Assembly: GCA_000320545.1 (NCBI GenBank)
Contig: ADNK01000580.1
Coordinates: 1-59,483 of the forward strand
DNA length: 59,483 nucleotides
Source: Bigelowiella natans CCMP2755
Taxonomy: Eukaryota > Protista > Cercozoa
Reading direction: 5' to 3'
The notes below the pieces were generated by a model. The model was not told where the DNA came from and did no database searches. It was given only the letters and a program-made list of their open reading frames with translations. This document shows, one piece after another, positions 1 through 12,557 of this stretch (position 1 is its first letter; every line of letters begins with the position of its first letter). The position numbers and the translations under genes are program-made.

Positions 1-740
1 GTGACAAAAACTGATTTTTTCGCCTCCAAATACCCCCGACGGTTGGTAGGATTCTGGGAGCCGGAAAACGGTATTTACGTCGCTTTGGATCTACCTGCAG
101 AAAGGGAATCCCTAAAATCCATCTGGTGTATGTGGATGAAGACGGTCTTACTTTCGCCTGACGTGGGGGAGAACGTGATTTAATTCTATTCCACTGGCAC
201 TTACGGGGTAGTCTGGGGGCTTTCGGGGGATCAATTCATAACATTGAAATCCAATTGGATTTTCATAACATCATATCACTCAAGTTATTGGGGATTCTTA
301 TAATTTCAGATAGGGTCAAGCCGTTATTGCAGCAGCACATCGGCATGGTAGGAAACCTAGACCTTGCCGGTAGCAAATTCTTCCCGACTCTTGCTTCGTA
401 TGCTAACGCGCAGCAAGATCACCAAGGTAAACCAATTGTCGTTATCGAGAACAAGTTGCAAAATATAGGAGTTAAACCAAAATCTTACTATCACCGATAA
501 TATGTGGAGAAATACAGCAATAACTGTTGATCTCGGAATATCATTTCAACAGTTGGCAACGCATGTACGAATGTCATACCCTTCACGTTTTTTCGGTTTG
601 GAAATAGGAGCACTGCCACAGCAAACAGTCGAGTTACTTCGCAGGATGTTTCAGGTACCCTAATCCTCACACACACACACACACACACCAACACAACACA
701 CATAATTATTGCTGTCTCCTCCAACAAACTGTATAATATA

Positions 741-785
<45 letters not shown>

Positions 786-1694
786 TATATAAATAAGCCA
801 CGACAGCTTGACAAGAACACCACCCCCCATACGAGTACCACCTACCACCTCCTATTTGCTGCTATTGCTACTGCTGGTTCTATTACCTGACTACTTACTA
901 CTGTGATGATGCTCAACAACAACATCCAAAAACTACTACATAATGTCAATTAATGTTGTATGTAGTAGAAGCACAACTGAACAACAACAACATCGCCAAC
1001 AACAAGCTGTGTGTATTATGAATCCTACATCATCATCATCATCATCATCAGTATCATAGTGTGACCCCAGTACTTATCTCTGGTGATAACTTCCAAAGTG
1101 AAGTAGTAGAGTAGTAGATAGCGTGAAGTCATAATACAAAATAACATCACAACTACTGCTCATCTGTTCTTCTGTCCTCCTCCTCCTCCTCCTCCTCCTC
1201 CTCCTCCTCCTACTACTACTACTACTACTACTACTACCTACTGCACGATGTAGCTTTCATGGAATACCACTTCCTCGCCCCCGTCCTGGTTGCCAGGATT
1301 GCTGCCTCAGTGTTACTACTACTACTGCTGCTGCTGCTGCTACTACTACTACTACTCCTCTCGCCACTACAACTAGTGATGCTTCTGTTACTGCTAAGGA
1401 CAGAACAGCAGCAATCCTAAGCATAGAGAAAAAGGAGGAGAAGGAGGAGGAGGAGGAGGTAGATGATGATGCTGATGATGATGATGGCAAAAAGGACGAC
1501 CATATTTCCGACAATAACCAGCAGATGAGTAGTAGTAGTAATAGTAGTAGTAGTAGTAGTAGTACCACTACTACCAATGCTACTAGCTCTTCTTCAGCAT
1601 GTGAGCTCAAGGCAAAAGCTCAGGTTGATGTAGGTTTATTTGTGTTGTTTTATTTCACGATGACGAGCATACGTTACGTATGTAGTAATAATAC

Positions 1695-1725
<31 letters not shown>

Positions 1726-1948
1726 CGAGTTAAAAAAAACCATTAACAACTTTGAGGTTGTTCTTGTGCTTCTTGTTGTTGTTTTCGATCAATAATCATA
1801 CGATACTAATGTGGACAACAAACAAACAACATATAGTGATTAGATATTTATCATAAGGATGACACTGATTAACTCAATACTGAGAAACTATAAGTCGTCG
1901 TCGTTGGCGTCTGGGAACAGTATTACTATTAAAGCTGGGGTCTCTTAA

Positions 1949-1981
<33 letters not shown>

Positions 1982-3399
1982 TGTTCTTTTCCTCTCTGCT
2001 CTTCTCTTTTCTCTTCTCTTTTCTCTTCTCTTTCTTCTTCAATATCGTCGTTGTTATATATTGTGTTTAGAAAGTACTTGGAGAGGCAAAAGTAAATTCT
2101 GTGACTCCTAAGGAATACCTAGAGCTTAGAAACAGAGGTAGTAGCTAATGCACTGCTAGTACCGGTAGTAGTAGTAGTATTAGTAGGAGGAGGAGGGGGA
2201 GGAGTAGTGTTTACGACAAAGACGACTGCATAAGCGCCTAAGCTACTAGTTTCTGTATAATAATAATAATAGTAATAATAATAATAATAATAGCCAAAAT
2301 GATATAGTAAGGATGATGATTAAACACCAATTGTGCTCGCTGTGGGACCTACTCACGCTGAACAACTACCACTACTACTAGCGATGATCATGATGATGAT
2401 GACAATAGTGATAGTGGTGGTGGATATTGACGTTAATTCTAACCTTATTTGGTGGTACAACTAACAAAGGAGATCCTCATGTACTTCTTGACGTAAGGGA
2501 AACTGTACAATATGAAATCTGCAATCTCCCACAATGTAAGCGTTTTGTGTATATCTGTTAGAGGGGAAGGGAGAAGGAGTGTAAGGTCAATGATGGTGAA
2601 TGAATGAACACTAGTCATATTCCTTCCCCTCCGTGTTACTTACTTACTTACAAATCCTTCATCGGTTGTTGCCTGTGGTTAGCTGTGAATATCCCACTCT
2701 CAAAACTTCAAGCTTCTATCTCATGCTTGTCACCGGGATCAACATCTACATGGCTGCTGCAAATAGGGGAGAAACTGCAGAAATCTGTGATAACCAACTC
2801 ACCATCATCACTGGTCAACGTTCAAAATCAAGCTGCTCATAAAAATAGTAGCACTACTGGGGCAGCTACTACTACTGCTGCTGCTACTCCTACCCCTCCT
2901 TTTTCAAGCCTCTCTATTTACTGTATTTGCAGAAGGTGATAATGTAAAATATAAACATAAAATGCTTCTTCCACACTGCCATCTTGCGAAACCTAACTAG
3001 AATGAAAGCACCCATTTCATATCGACTGAATTAATATCATCTCACGATTTGACCTCTGCAACAATCCATCATTAGAGTTTGCTGTTTGCATCAGAGGCGT
3101 TTTCTCAGTAATAGCAGTTGATGAGCTGACCAAGCTAATCTCAAAAAGACTACCACCACCATCACCACCACCTAAAGTTCCAAAGTCATCATCCGTGATC
3201 AGCAGTCGCCGTATGCTTTTTTACAACATACAAGGGGGCCTTGAAGGATGGAAACGCGAAATCGACCCAAGCTTTCCCATGTACTGAAACATGCTTGTGC
3301 TCATTGATTCTTATGTACCTAATTATTACAACGCGCATCAAAGCTGTGTTGCAGCATCGGATTACTTTAGCAGGCTGTATTACGCCTGGAGCTTGGTGC

Positions 3400-4210
3400 G
3401 CGTGCGGCTGCGAAATGTTGCGTGATATGACTTAGGCTCTAGAGCTCTAGAGCTGTGTGCTGCATCGATTAAGCATGTCGTACAGGTGCCACGGCTATTT
3501 TTTATTTTACATGTGTTTAGAGCGCACGCTGCTGTGTTCTAGTACACCTCACCTGCCGACGTATCATCACAACCATCACAGCCGTTGTGGCGAAGCCCAT
3601 TGTTTTCCGTCGCGGTGCACGGATCACAATGATGAAGCGCATGCGACATGCGACATCATTCTAGCCTCATGTGCAATCTGGACAATGCACAATGCACATG
3701 CGATGCGATCATCTAGCTAGCTAGATCAGTCACGCGATGACTTGCAATGCATGCAACAACAGAAATAGCTAGCTAGGAAATTAAATGATGGTTGCGAGCT
3801 GTGCGCATTCATAACGCTGTGCTAGTGGCGTGATTGACTGTGAGACCAGATTACTGGCGAGTGCGCAGCATCTTGAGTGTCATTCGTGGAATGAGAAGCA
3901 TGCAGTGTGCACTTCTAGCGAATTAGGCTTAGCTAAACTAGTAAAGTCTTAGACACAACCTAGCAGGCTAGTGCGTACGTCATTGTTCTTTGATCGACCA
4001 GTCTAACAGTGTCGTACGTATACATCGCATGCGCTAGCTAGCTTGTGCGTGCGTACACTCGCTAATAATATATAGTAATAAAGCTCTGCGCCGGCTAGCT
4101 GGCCTACACGCAATTACCGATCAGCAACGCGAAACACATGTTGTATGCATGTTAGATGCATGTAGTCATACGCATGTAACGTCATCGCGTGCATGATTAG
4201 GAATAAGATG
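3400..4210. repeat. Partially TpA-depleted, TGCA/CATG/CTAG-rich degenerate intergenic tract (tract A)
   Basis: Excess of tgca, catg and gctagc. Many remaining TA are in CTAG/TTAG/CTAA (e.g. tctagctagctagatc ~3712). Boundaries approximate. Confidence 0.55.
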
Positions 4211-4540
4211 CAAATGAATTTCATGCTTCTCATCTTTACATCGCTTTGGCCTTCAGAAAAATCATGGCCATTAAATTTCATAAATTCGTCTTAAATAACA
4301 TCAGCTCATTGCAGGTCGGAACACACGTCTAAATTTACCACACTCCAGGACTGATTACATGCATGGACTGATTAGCGCTAGTTAACTCATTCACAGTCAT
4401 CACTCAATCTTCTCACGGGCAATTCGATCATTTAGTCAATTTGTTATGAGTGTGATGCTACGAAGTATACAAGTCAAGGAGTTGTTCGGGTAGTGTTGAT
4501 GTACTGCACATATAATTACTGCACTAGTCTGGTAGTATCG

Positions 4541-5478
4541 TCATGAAGCAGCGTTGCGAATGAAATTCAGAAAGGTGGAACGAACGCGCGCTTTCTCATC
4601 CTTTTTTGCACCGTCAAGAGGATTGTGCTTCCCGTTCGTGGAGCAGATTTGAATCTGTGCTTTGCTCTGGCTTTGGATTTCCTCTATTGCTTTGATACCC
4701 CTTGGAAGGCATTGATAATCACGATGTAAGAAATCATCTCGAGTCCCACTTACCATTAGCACCTGATCATGCCATCTTCATTCGAGCACATACAGACGAA
4801 TCGTACTTCCTATCTATCTGTTTCAGTAAAGTAGGGGTCTACGACAAAAACAAATCTGATGTTTTTCTCAAGGAGACTGAGAATGACTTCGTGTTGAAAC
4901 AACAGTATTTGCTCTCCTCTTTTTAAGAGAAAACGGTCAGAACGCACTGTCGCACTGTTGAATATATGATTATTAAGTGACCTGCAAGTTTTCTGGAAGG
5001 TCTTTGAGAACACGAATCCTGTCTTGTCCCGGTTTGGGTCGGAATAACGGGTAGCCAAAACAAATGAGCTTTCTCATTACGATCTTTGGAACTACTCCCT
5101 CCGCTTTATCAGCTACCCATAAAGATGCCGCAACCCGACAGCCGAATGAACTAGAAGCAATAACGATGTTGTGGGCTTCTTTCTCCTAAATTTGGAGTTC
5201 AATATATGCTAGTCTTTGCACTTTGTCATGATTTACTCACTTCAAGCTCAGAGAAAGTACCTTCTTTGCTATTTTCATTGCTTCTTTGATCCCTTCCAGG
5301 AGAAATTCCCGGTTCTGGCCCTCAGTCTTGTAGGACTTCCACTTCCCGGAGTTCGGAACTGCGATGATGATTGATGATAATGATGAAGACAATGAGGATG
5401 GCGTTGTTAATGATGTTGTTGATGATATTGTTGATTTTGTTATTGTTGTTGTTGTTGTTGATTATGGTGATGATGGTA

Positions 5479-5510
<32 letters not shown>

Positions 5511-6068
5511 GATAACGACATTAGATAAAATGATGGTTGTAGCTAATCTCTACATCTTGATGCCAGAAAATAACAAGTTCAGACAAAAATGTGGTGACAG
5601 CGGTATTTTGCCCACCATAAATTGTCATTCCCAAACCCTCCAGCAAAGACTTTATTGCTTTCGGAGGTCTGCAGAAGTGTATCAAAAATTAAATTCTGTT
5701 CATCAATCATAATCTCAGATATGACCGCCCCCCAGCGCTCCCAGCTACAACAAAGATGACTTTAGGGACCTCCTGCAGGTTGGGGACAATCAGTAACAAG
5801 ACATGAGTAAATCAGATAGATTTATTAATATATTAAACTCAAATAGTATTCATAGCTAAACATGCATTCCTCCTTGAAGATCTACTACCTGCTTCGACTC
5901 CTCCCAGCTGGGAGAATTGATTCCATCTTGCTTCCGAATTTGCTTTTTCCTCCGATGGGGGAGGTTGCTCGGAGCTCTGAAATCCTTACTATGTTCATTA
6001 TCGTGTGGATGGTCGTTATCCCTTTTCCTCTTGGATCTCTTTCTCAAGCTCTTTCGGGACGATTTCAT
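4541..6068 (-). CDS. Alpha/beta hydrolase, TEX30/KANSL3-like (multi-exon)
   Basis: Exon 5185-4982 reads EKEAHNIVIASSSFGCRVAASLW...LICFGYPLFRPKPGQDRIRVL (nucleophile-elbow-like SSFGCR, GYPL). It splices GT-AG to 4762-4541 VLMVSGTRDDFL...GKHN (Asp, His). Upstream exons near 5260-5365 (IIAVPNSGKWKSY), 5725-5780 (KVIFVVAGSAGG) and 6068-5860. The 5' exon structure is approximate. Confidence 0.7.
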
Positions 6069-6438
6069 CGAGTTGAATAACTTGAATTACGAATAAGCTC
6101 CGGAAGGAAGTGGAAGGCTCGTGGTGGTCAGGGAAACGACTATGACGACAACCATGAAGATATGTCGCACCCCTAATTCGCATTTCATATCCACAAAGTC
6201 GGTATCTATTCAGAAATGTCTACGGTTCTGTATCTGAATGCATATTATGTGTAAGTCTTCTTCTTAGAAACCCCTTCTTCCTTGTGATATGATTTTCGCC
6301 ATTTCAGTCTTAAAAACTCTGGATCCTCCTCCCTCTGCGCATTGCTACGCCGAAATGTACGTCGTTGTTGTTAAGTAGATCTGTCCTTCATAAGCAATGA
6401 CTCCTCTCTCCTCAGAACACGAAAGACGAATATTATCT

Positions 6439-6872
6439 ATGTTCGGTTCAAATCTCTCTCGCATAACAAGGCATGTAAACAAGATCCGAGAGATGAAGGT
6501 TGGTCTTGAAAATGTTAAGGTCGTGCAGGTGTGCTCCCACTCGCACAGGAAGGAGGCGACAGGAATACAGTAAGAGAATTGCACTTCCAGAAAGCATGTA
6601 CCAATGTTACGTTGAAATTTTCAATTGAAATTCGAATTATTTCTCCCAGGAAATTTGTTAAAGACTATTTACCGGCCCTAAAATTTCATAACACCGAAAT
6701 TGCGTTCACAAATGTGAATAAGAAAGAGACTGATCCTACTCTGGAACTTCATTTTGAAGATGGTGTAGTTCAGAAGTTAGATTGCTCAAACATAAGCAAG
6801 GACCAGGTCTTAGAAGATCTCTTAAAGGCGGACAAGAATTTCAAAGCAAAAGAAAAAGTAAACCTTTGTTAA
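6439..6872 (+). CDS. Mitochondrial ribosomal protein S25/MRP49-like (L51/S25/CI-B8 domain)
   Basis: Exons 6439-6569 and 6650-6872 join in frame (GT-AG): MFGSNLSRITRHVNKIREMKVGLENVKVVQVCSHSHRKEATGIQKFVKDYLPALKFHN...LELHFEDG...LDCSNISKDQVL. This fits the family pattern G.rkFv...LP.LkfhN. It lies head-to-head with the hydrolase gene. Confidence 0.7.
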
Positions 6873-8134
6873 GAAAAAGATACTTAATTACAATTTTGAT
6901 TTGGTTAAACACAGGTAGAATTCTTCGGAAAAGAAATATCGATATAGGCATTCTTAGTGTAAGATGTTGGCCTGTGCCCTTCTAAATCAGCCTGCTCTCC
7001 CTTCACTGCGATACAGTATGCTTGTATCTTTACTGTCTAGTAGCGATGAATATCGCCTGTTAAATAGACTATTGGCAAAATAAAATTGATTATTTGTTTC
7101 ATTCACTTCGCTTGGTAGATGAATATCGAAGCTGCCTTGTAAACATAGTTTGTGAATATGGAATGGCGGACTAAGCGTAGCAGTGATTTTACCAATCTAA
7201 CAATGATTACCAATATACTAAGCTAGAACCTAGCAGGAATTCTAGTGCATGTTTAATAACATCGAATCCACACCTTCTCGCACCATACATTGTGTACACA
7301 CACACACGCACATGCATGCAGCCAGCAGACACAACTCCGTCAAACCCTCTAACGACTGGGTTTTGCACAAACCATGCTTTGCGCGCGCGGCCTGGCGCGC
7401 TCAATCGTTGCAATTGGACATTGGAAGCACACTGGAGCCTATTTGAAGTTCAATTTTGATTTTTTTTTTCGAATGCCAGCTTCAAAACCTCATTTTTCAA
7501 CGCCTGCCAGCGGAAAATGCTTGCCACTTCTGAAACAGCTAGCGCAGTTGCACTTGCTGTGCCACAAGTTTTGCAAGCTCATGAGGGTGTGCGCACACTA
7601 GCTTCACATGCTTGCAAAATTTCAGCACAAAAACGCAAAAAATGCCAGAATTTCAGCACAAATGAAACGCAAAAAATGCTCTCAATTGAGAGGTCATGCC
7701 ACCCGTAGCGTTGCAGGTTTTCAGTGTGTGCATGTGTGTTTGATTGCACACGATCGATGATGCGCTGAGCATGCGATCGAGTGCTGCATGCCAGCATGGA
7801 GTGCTGCGCAGTGCTAGCTGCTAGCTGGTGGATCGAGTGTGTTGGTGCGCACGCACGCACACATGCACGCACAGCGTGCGCACCATGCACACGCGGCATC
7901 ACAGCACGTGCATCCATGCGTCCTTGCTGTCTGGAGCTGGTGTGGTCTAGCAGTGGAGTCAGCAAGTGTTGCCCGACGCGGATGTGACAATGCGGGGGCA
8001 ACGCCAGGACGTGCAGCTTGCGCACAACGGGCATGATCGATGTGCAAGGAAAGTGAGCAAGCAAGCGACAACGACAACGCTTGGTTTTGCACTGTGCCCG
8101 CCTGGCCCCATCCAGCTTTGTCCCGGCCTTTCCA

Positions 8135-8356
8135 GCAAAATCGGTGTGCAAGCAAAATCGGTTTTTTGACATTGCAAAAACGGATTTTGCATGTCCAAAA
8201 TCGATGTTTTGACCAGAATCGGTGCATCACCGATTTTTCGTGCAAAAATGAAGTTTTTGGGATTGGGGGGGGTGCCAATCAGCACTGTGACCAACTTGCA
8301 CGCAAAACCGATTTTGCAATGTCAAAAAACCGATTTTGCTTGCACACCGATTTTGC
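8135..8356. mobile_element. MITE-like foldback element with perfect 45-bp terminal inverted repeats
   Basis: 8135-8179 gcaaaatcggtgtgcaagcaaaatcggttttttgacattgcaaaa is the exact reverse complement of 8312-8356. Internal aaaatcgg/ccgatttt subrepeats. Confidence 0.75.
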
Positions 8357-9254
8357 GGGGAAGCCGGCTGTGGCACGCATGTTGACGACAGCATGAGCCG
8401 TCCAAAACCAGCACATGAGCACAGAGCAGCAGAGGTTCAGCCAATTGGCTGCTAGCTCGTGCAAACACAGTGTGCAAAGCATGTGAGCAGCGCGTGCGTT
8501 GTGCTTTCCATCCCAGAGTTTCTGCCCACTTGTGCCCATCGCAGGAAGAGGGAAAAGTGCTCAGTTCCAGTCACAATGTCCCAATTTCGTCGTCAACGCC
8601 AGAACGGATGAGTGAAGTGAGTTGTGAACCAAGTTTTGTTTCTCCAACGATTTGTTGCGATGATGCGATGCAACCGAACGAAAGGTGATCAGACAGAAGT
8701 CATGGAGAAGACTTGTGGTGTTCCATTCGAGAAGAAGGAGACTGGAAAAAGGAGAAGAAGAAGAGGAAGAAAAGCAAAAGTGGAAGCTGTGAGGATCGGA
8801 GAAGAAGGAGAAGGTGCAAAAGGTGCAAGAAGAGCGTGTGCGAGTGAGCGAATGAGTGAATGGCTGACGAGTGGATCATCAGGAACAAGATTTTTCAGTG
8901 TTTTGTTTGTGCAATCCAGCAATGCCAGAATGGCAACAACGCGAGAGAGCAATCAAGCACCAGAAGTGCTCAACTTCACCTCCTTCCCCATTGACAAAAG
9001 TGCTGTGCGCTGTGCACGTGTTCGTTGTGGACCAGGGAATGTGCGCTGCCAACAACGAGCAGGACGCACCTCAACCGGCTGGGCAACTCAAGGTTCGTGT
9101 TCGTTTGTTCATCGACGTTCCAACAAAGTGTGCCGCTCTGGCGCTGGCACTGCTCCAGTGCAGCAGGTTCGCAAACAAGTTCCAGAGTGTTGCAGCAATG
9201 AACACCAGTGCAGTCCTTGCTCACACGCACGTCCATCACGGTGATGGACGTGAT

Positions 9255-9645
9255 GACAGGACTGCACTTCCAAAGTGTGACAAGACACTTGCAAGGCATG
9301 AGTTGCAAACGCAGTGCCTGGAACTGCTTTTGGTGAGGACTGCTTGGTGAAACCAGCAGGACTTGCAATTGGGACTTGAAGAATGTGGCAACCTGGCCAT
9401 TGTGAAGCAAGCAATTGCAGAACGGAGTGACCAGCAGCAGCGTGGCGGCGACGCAAGGCATCCACTCCAACTGAAAAGCTCACGAAGGCCACAACTGCAA
9501 CAACACGATGGTCCACAGCAGGGTCATCCTGTGCCGGCCAAAAAAGTGGACAATGACAATGAACAATGAACAAAGTGTCATGCAAGATGGAGACGAAGCG
9601 AACAATGAACAACGAACATGATGAACCACACTTCCAAAAATGAAT
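9255..9645 (+). repeat. Dispersed repeat family R (two fragments)
   Basis: actgcacttccaaa...aacgcagtgcctggaac...gaggactg (9261-9342) and aacaatgaac...gatgaaccacacttccaaaa (9601-9640) match 14341-14450 and 37255-37390. Confidence 0.7.
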
Positions 9646-10879
9646 GACATTTCAATGTTCGCATTTCGTTTTCCCCGCCCATGAACCTTTTGTCGCACAC
9701 ATGCATTGCCTGGGATTCTCCCTTTGCGTTTGATGGCTTTTCGTTGTAATTGGTGTGAGCTGTTCTTTCTTCAATTTCAAGTACCGAAGTAGTCGCTGAA
9801 TGAAATTGCAAAGAACAACTACCAACATAAGAGAACAAGTACTATTATTTGATCAGCCTCTGTTCTCTGGATTTTCAAGGATCGATGTCGAAGGCTTTTC
9901 AATCGCCAGAAACTTAAAATTAGGAGAACAATGGATGTCGTCATCGAAGATCGCCAAGCATTTCAGTTTTAGATCATGCCTGTAGCAGGCTGACCAGCCG
10001 CCTCACCCACTACCATTCTCTGCACCAGATAATGGAGCGGCTTCGTCGTAGATTATCAAACGTTGTCACGGCTGTTAACCCTAAAAGATAATATCAAGCG
10101 CTTGAATTCTGGAGGAGGTTCACCGGCAATGGGCGAGAGAACGCGGAGAATAACAGGGTTTATGCTGGAAGGGCCTCACCGCAACGATGAAAGAATCCTC
10201 GGAGGAGAAAGAGTACAGCGGTATCTAATTTGGCACAAAATATACCAACCAAGTGATTAGTAATGTTGGGAGAATAGTGGGCCACAATAACAGTCGTAAC
10301 AGTATGTACACCTAGCATAGTCGAATTAGTAGGAGATGCAGTGCTGATTGCATTCAAAGGAAAACATGATGTCAGAAGGAAGTGTAAAAAATTTCATCAA
10401 CTATATGTCGTTTCGGTGATGTAGCAAAATCATCCCTACTATTAATGGGACTCTTGCTGCTGTCTGCCTCCAAAAATACTACTACTACCCCAATGCTATT
10501 AATTAGTATGCTTGTATTTTTACCACAGACATCTCGGAAAACCAGAAATGCAGCAACACGGTTCCTACGATACTGAAAATTGTGACAGCGGAAGGTATAA
10601 CGAAAAGGAGGCCGATCGCAAGATCTCTTCAAGGTGAATTGTTGACGAAAGGAGGTGTCTTCACCACATGCTTTATCGTAAATTACAAAACTGTCTGTGC
10701 TCATTGCGGGGATCCCGGAGGGAGGAGGGGGAGGGGGGTTGATGCATCAGAAGTACATATACTTAACGAAAATTCCTTAGAGAAAAAAAGAATATTTGTA
10801 GCTAATTAAGGCATCGGTAACAATCAGAAAAGGCAACAACGGTGTTGGCGATAACAGCAGTATTGGCGCGGATAACGAC

Positions 10880-11545
10880 ATGATGTCGTCCATGTCGCCG
10901 TCATCACCTATTCTACCTTTAATCTTCGATTCGTTGGTCATTGGATCACCACCTCGAAAAGATGATGCTCATTGCAATACCTTGCATATCACGGGAAAGA
11001 AGCCCCGCCGTCCGCAGCAGCATCAGCAAGAATATCAATCGTTATCTCCTCTCAACGCAACTGAGGAGAATCATATGATATCACCTTTTAAGGAACAAAT
11101 AGAGGATAAAGAATCGAAGAAGAAACCGAATAATACAGAGACAGCATCCACTTCGATTTTAACGACGATGACGATACCGTCTTCCTCATCATTACGCAAT
11201 ATTCCTGCAGCAGCTTTTTTTTCTAGTCAGAGATATCAAAAGACGACACAAGAAAGAAGCAGGTGTCACAGCGACTACGGCCTAAAATTGCCTCTGTCTT
11301 CTTCTGAAAGAAGAGGAGCGTCCTCGTATAGTACTACTGGTGTGGAACAACTGGCAGTATCATCATTGTCATCATCAGTAGTATCTTCTCCGGGACCCTA
11401 TCACCAGTGCAACAGTAGTAATACTAGAACCATAGCTGCAGACTCTAATAATAATCCAAATATTCTTCACCATAGTAGTCATAGTAGAGCAGGAGTTGTC
11501 ACGAATAATGATGATTCCCAGTATCGTCGCCTCAAAATGAGGTAG
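10880..11545 (+). CDS. Ser/Thr-rich hypothetical ORF (221 aa), possibly a decayed gene fragment
   Basis: Long open frame in normal-composition DNA. No recognisable domain. Confidence 0.3.
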   Translation: MMSSMSPSSPILPLIFDSLVIGSPPRKDDAHCNTLHITGKKPRRPQQHQQEYQSLSPLNATEENHMISPFKEQIEDKESKKKPNNTETASTSILTTMTIPSSSSLRNIPAAAFFSSQRYQKTTQERSRCHSDYGLKLPLSSSERRGASSYSTTGVEQLAVSSLSSSVVSSPGPYHQCNSSNTRTIAADSNNNPNILHHSSHSRAGVVTNNDDSQYRRLKMR

Positions 11546-12479
11546 TACTTGCTTCACTGACTGTACAATAGCGGTGGTACTATCGTCCAATGAACTTCAT
11601 CCTTCAGAGCACAAAGTGCTCCTTTGTAGAGACAGTTATGGTTAACAGAATGATCATGATTCATGGTGAATTCATGTTCTCATATTCAGGTATTTTCAAC
11701 GCATATCGCAACATGGAATTGTCCGCCAGTCGGTTAGTTATTCTAGTAGTAGGTTGTAGTTGTGTTTGTAAAACTCGTCCTTGTATACAAAATCCAATCC
11801 ATCCCTTAAGTGTACACTTACGCTACAAGATCGACTTGTTATAACCTGATCTTTTTAAAATTTTATGATTTACATTGTTATTCTGCAAATTGTGAACAAT
11901 GCCTACATGAACAATAACATCTGTGGTGTTGGAAAAATGCACAGACAGAGATTCGTTCATATTTACCGTCGTTAGTTGCCCTTATTAATTAATAGGATTT
12001 TCTACGTACTCATTATTTTAGGATGGAACTATGAGCTTAGGAGAGCACAAAACAGCTCAAGCACATCACAGATCAAATCCAATTCCAATCAGGGGGATGC
12101 AAACAAAAACTGCAGGAGGTAGCACTACCTCACGAACGGGACGGATTTCAATATCATTTCAGGCAGACACAAGGAGAAGACCTAGACTTTCAAATGTCAC
12201 CTGAAATGACATCATCTGCCACCAATGACACTAGATCTGCTACTGTCCTCGAGGTAACGGCTAATCATGCGGCAGAGCATCAGATTGGGGCAAACACTAA
12301 GCGATGTGCGCAACGTGCGAGACGCTACCATCCACCCAATCTAGCAATGTGAGATGAAGTGTGTAGCATCATTGATGGGTTTTGAGTCCGCGCGTGGGCA
12401 ACTACGTAGCTGCTGCTGGTCACAACATTCTCGTTGTGCACATTTTGTGTGTAAGCAATCATGCTAGCACGCAGAAGGT

Positions 12480-12509
12480 CAGCTAGCGGTGCACTTTGCA
12501 TCATTGTCT

Positions 12510-12557
<48 letters not shown>

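Larger units (their letters stand above)
7290..9746. repeat. TpA-erased degenerate repeat tract (tract B)
   Basis: By eye, no TA from 8455 to 9746 and only six TA in 7561-8454, five of them CTAG. CpG is still abundant. Confidence 0.9.

Noticed and set aside
1-3240. Possible minus-strand multi-exon gene among microsatellites
   Set aside because: Exon-like pieces contain stops in the frames tried and no family could be recognised. It may be a pseudogene.
7561-9746. Classical RIP or CpG deamination as the cause of the TG/CA excess
   Set aside because: RIP would enrich TpA. CpG remains plentiful while TpA is the missing dinucleotide, and a paralog retains TA opposite TG.
7200-9840. Dense overlapping Cys/His/Met/Ala-rich ORFs in all six frames (also 12300-14350, 22500-24320, 56290-57850)
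   Set aside because: Artefact of TpA loss, which removes TAA/TAG stops and turns Tyr codons into Cys/His. No domains are recognisable.
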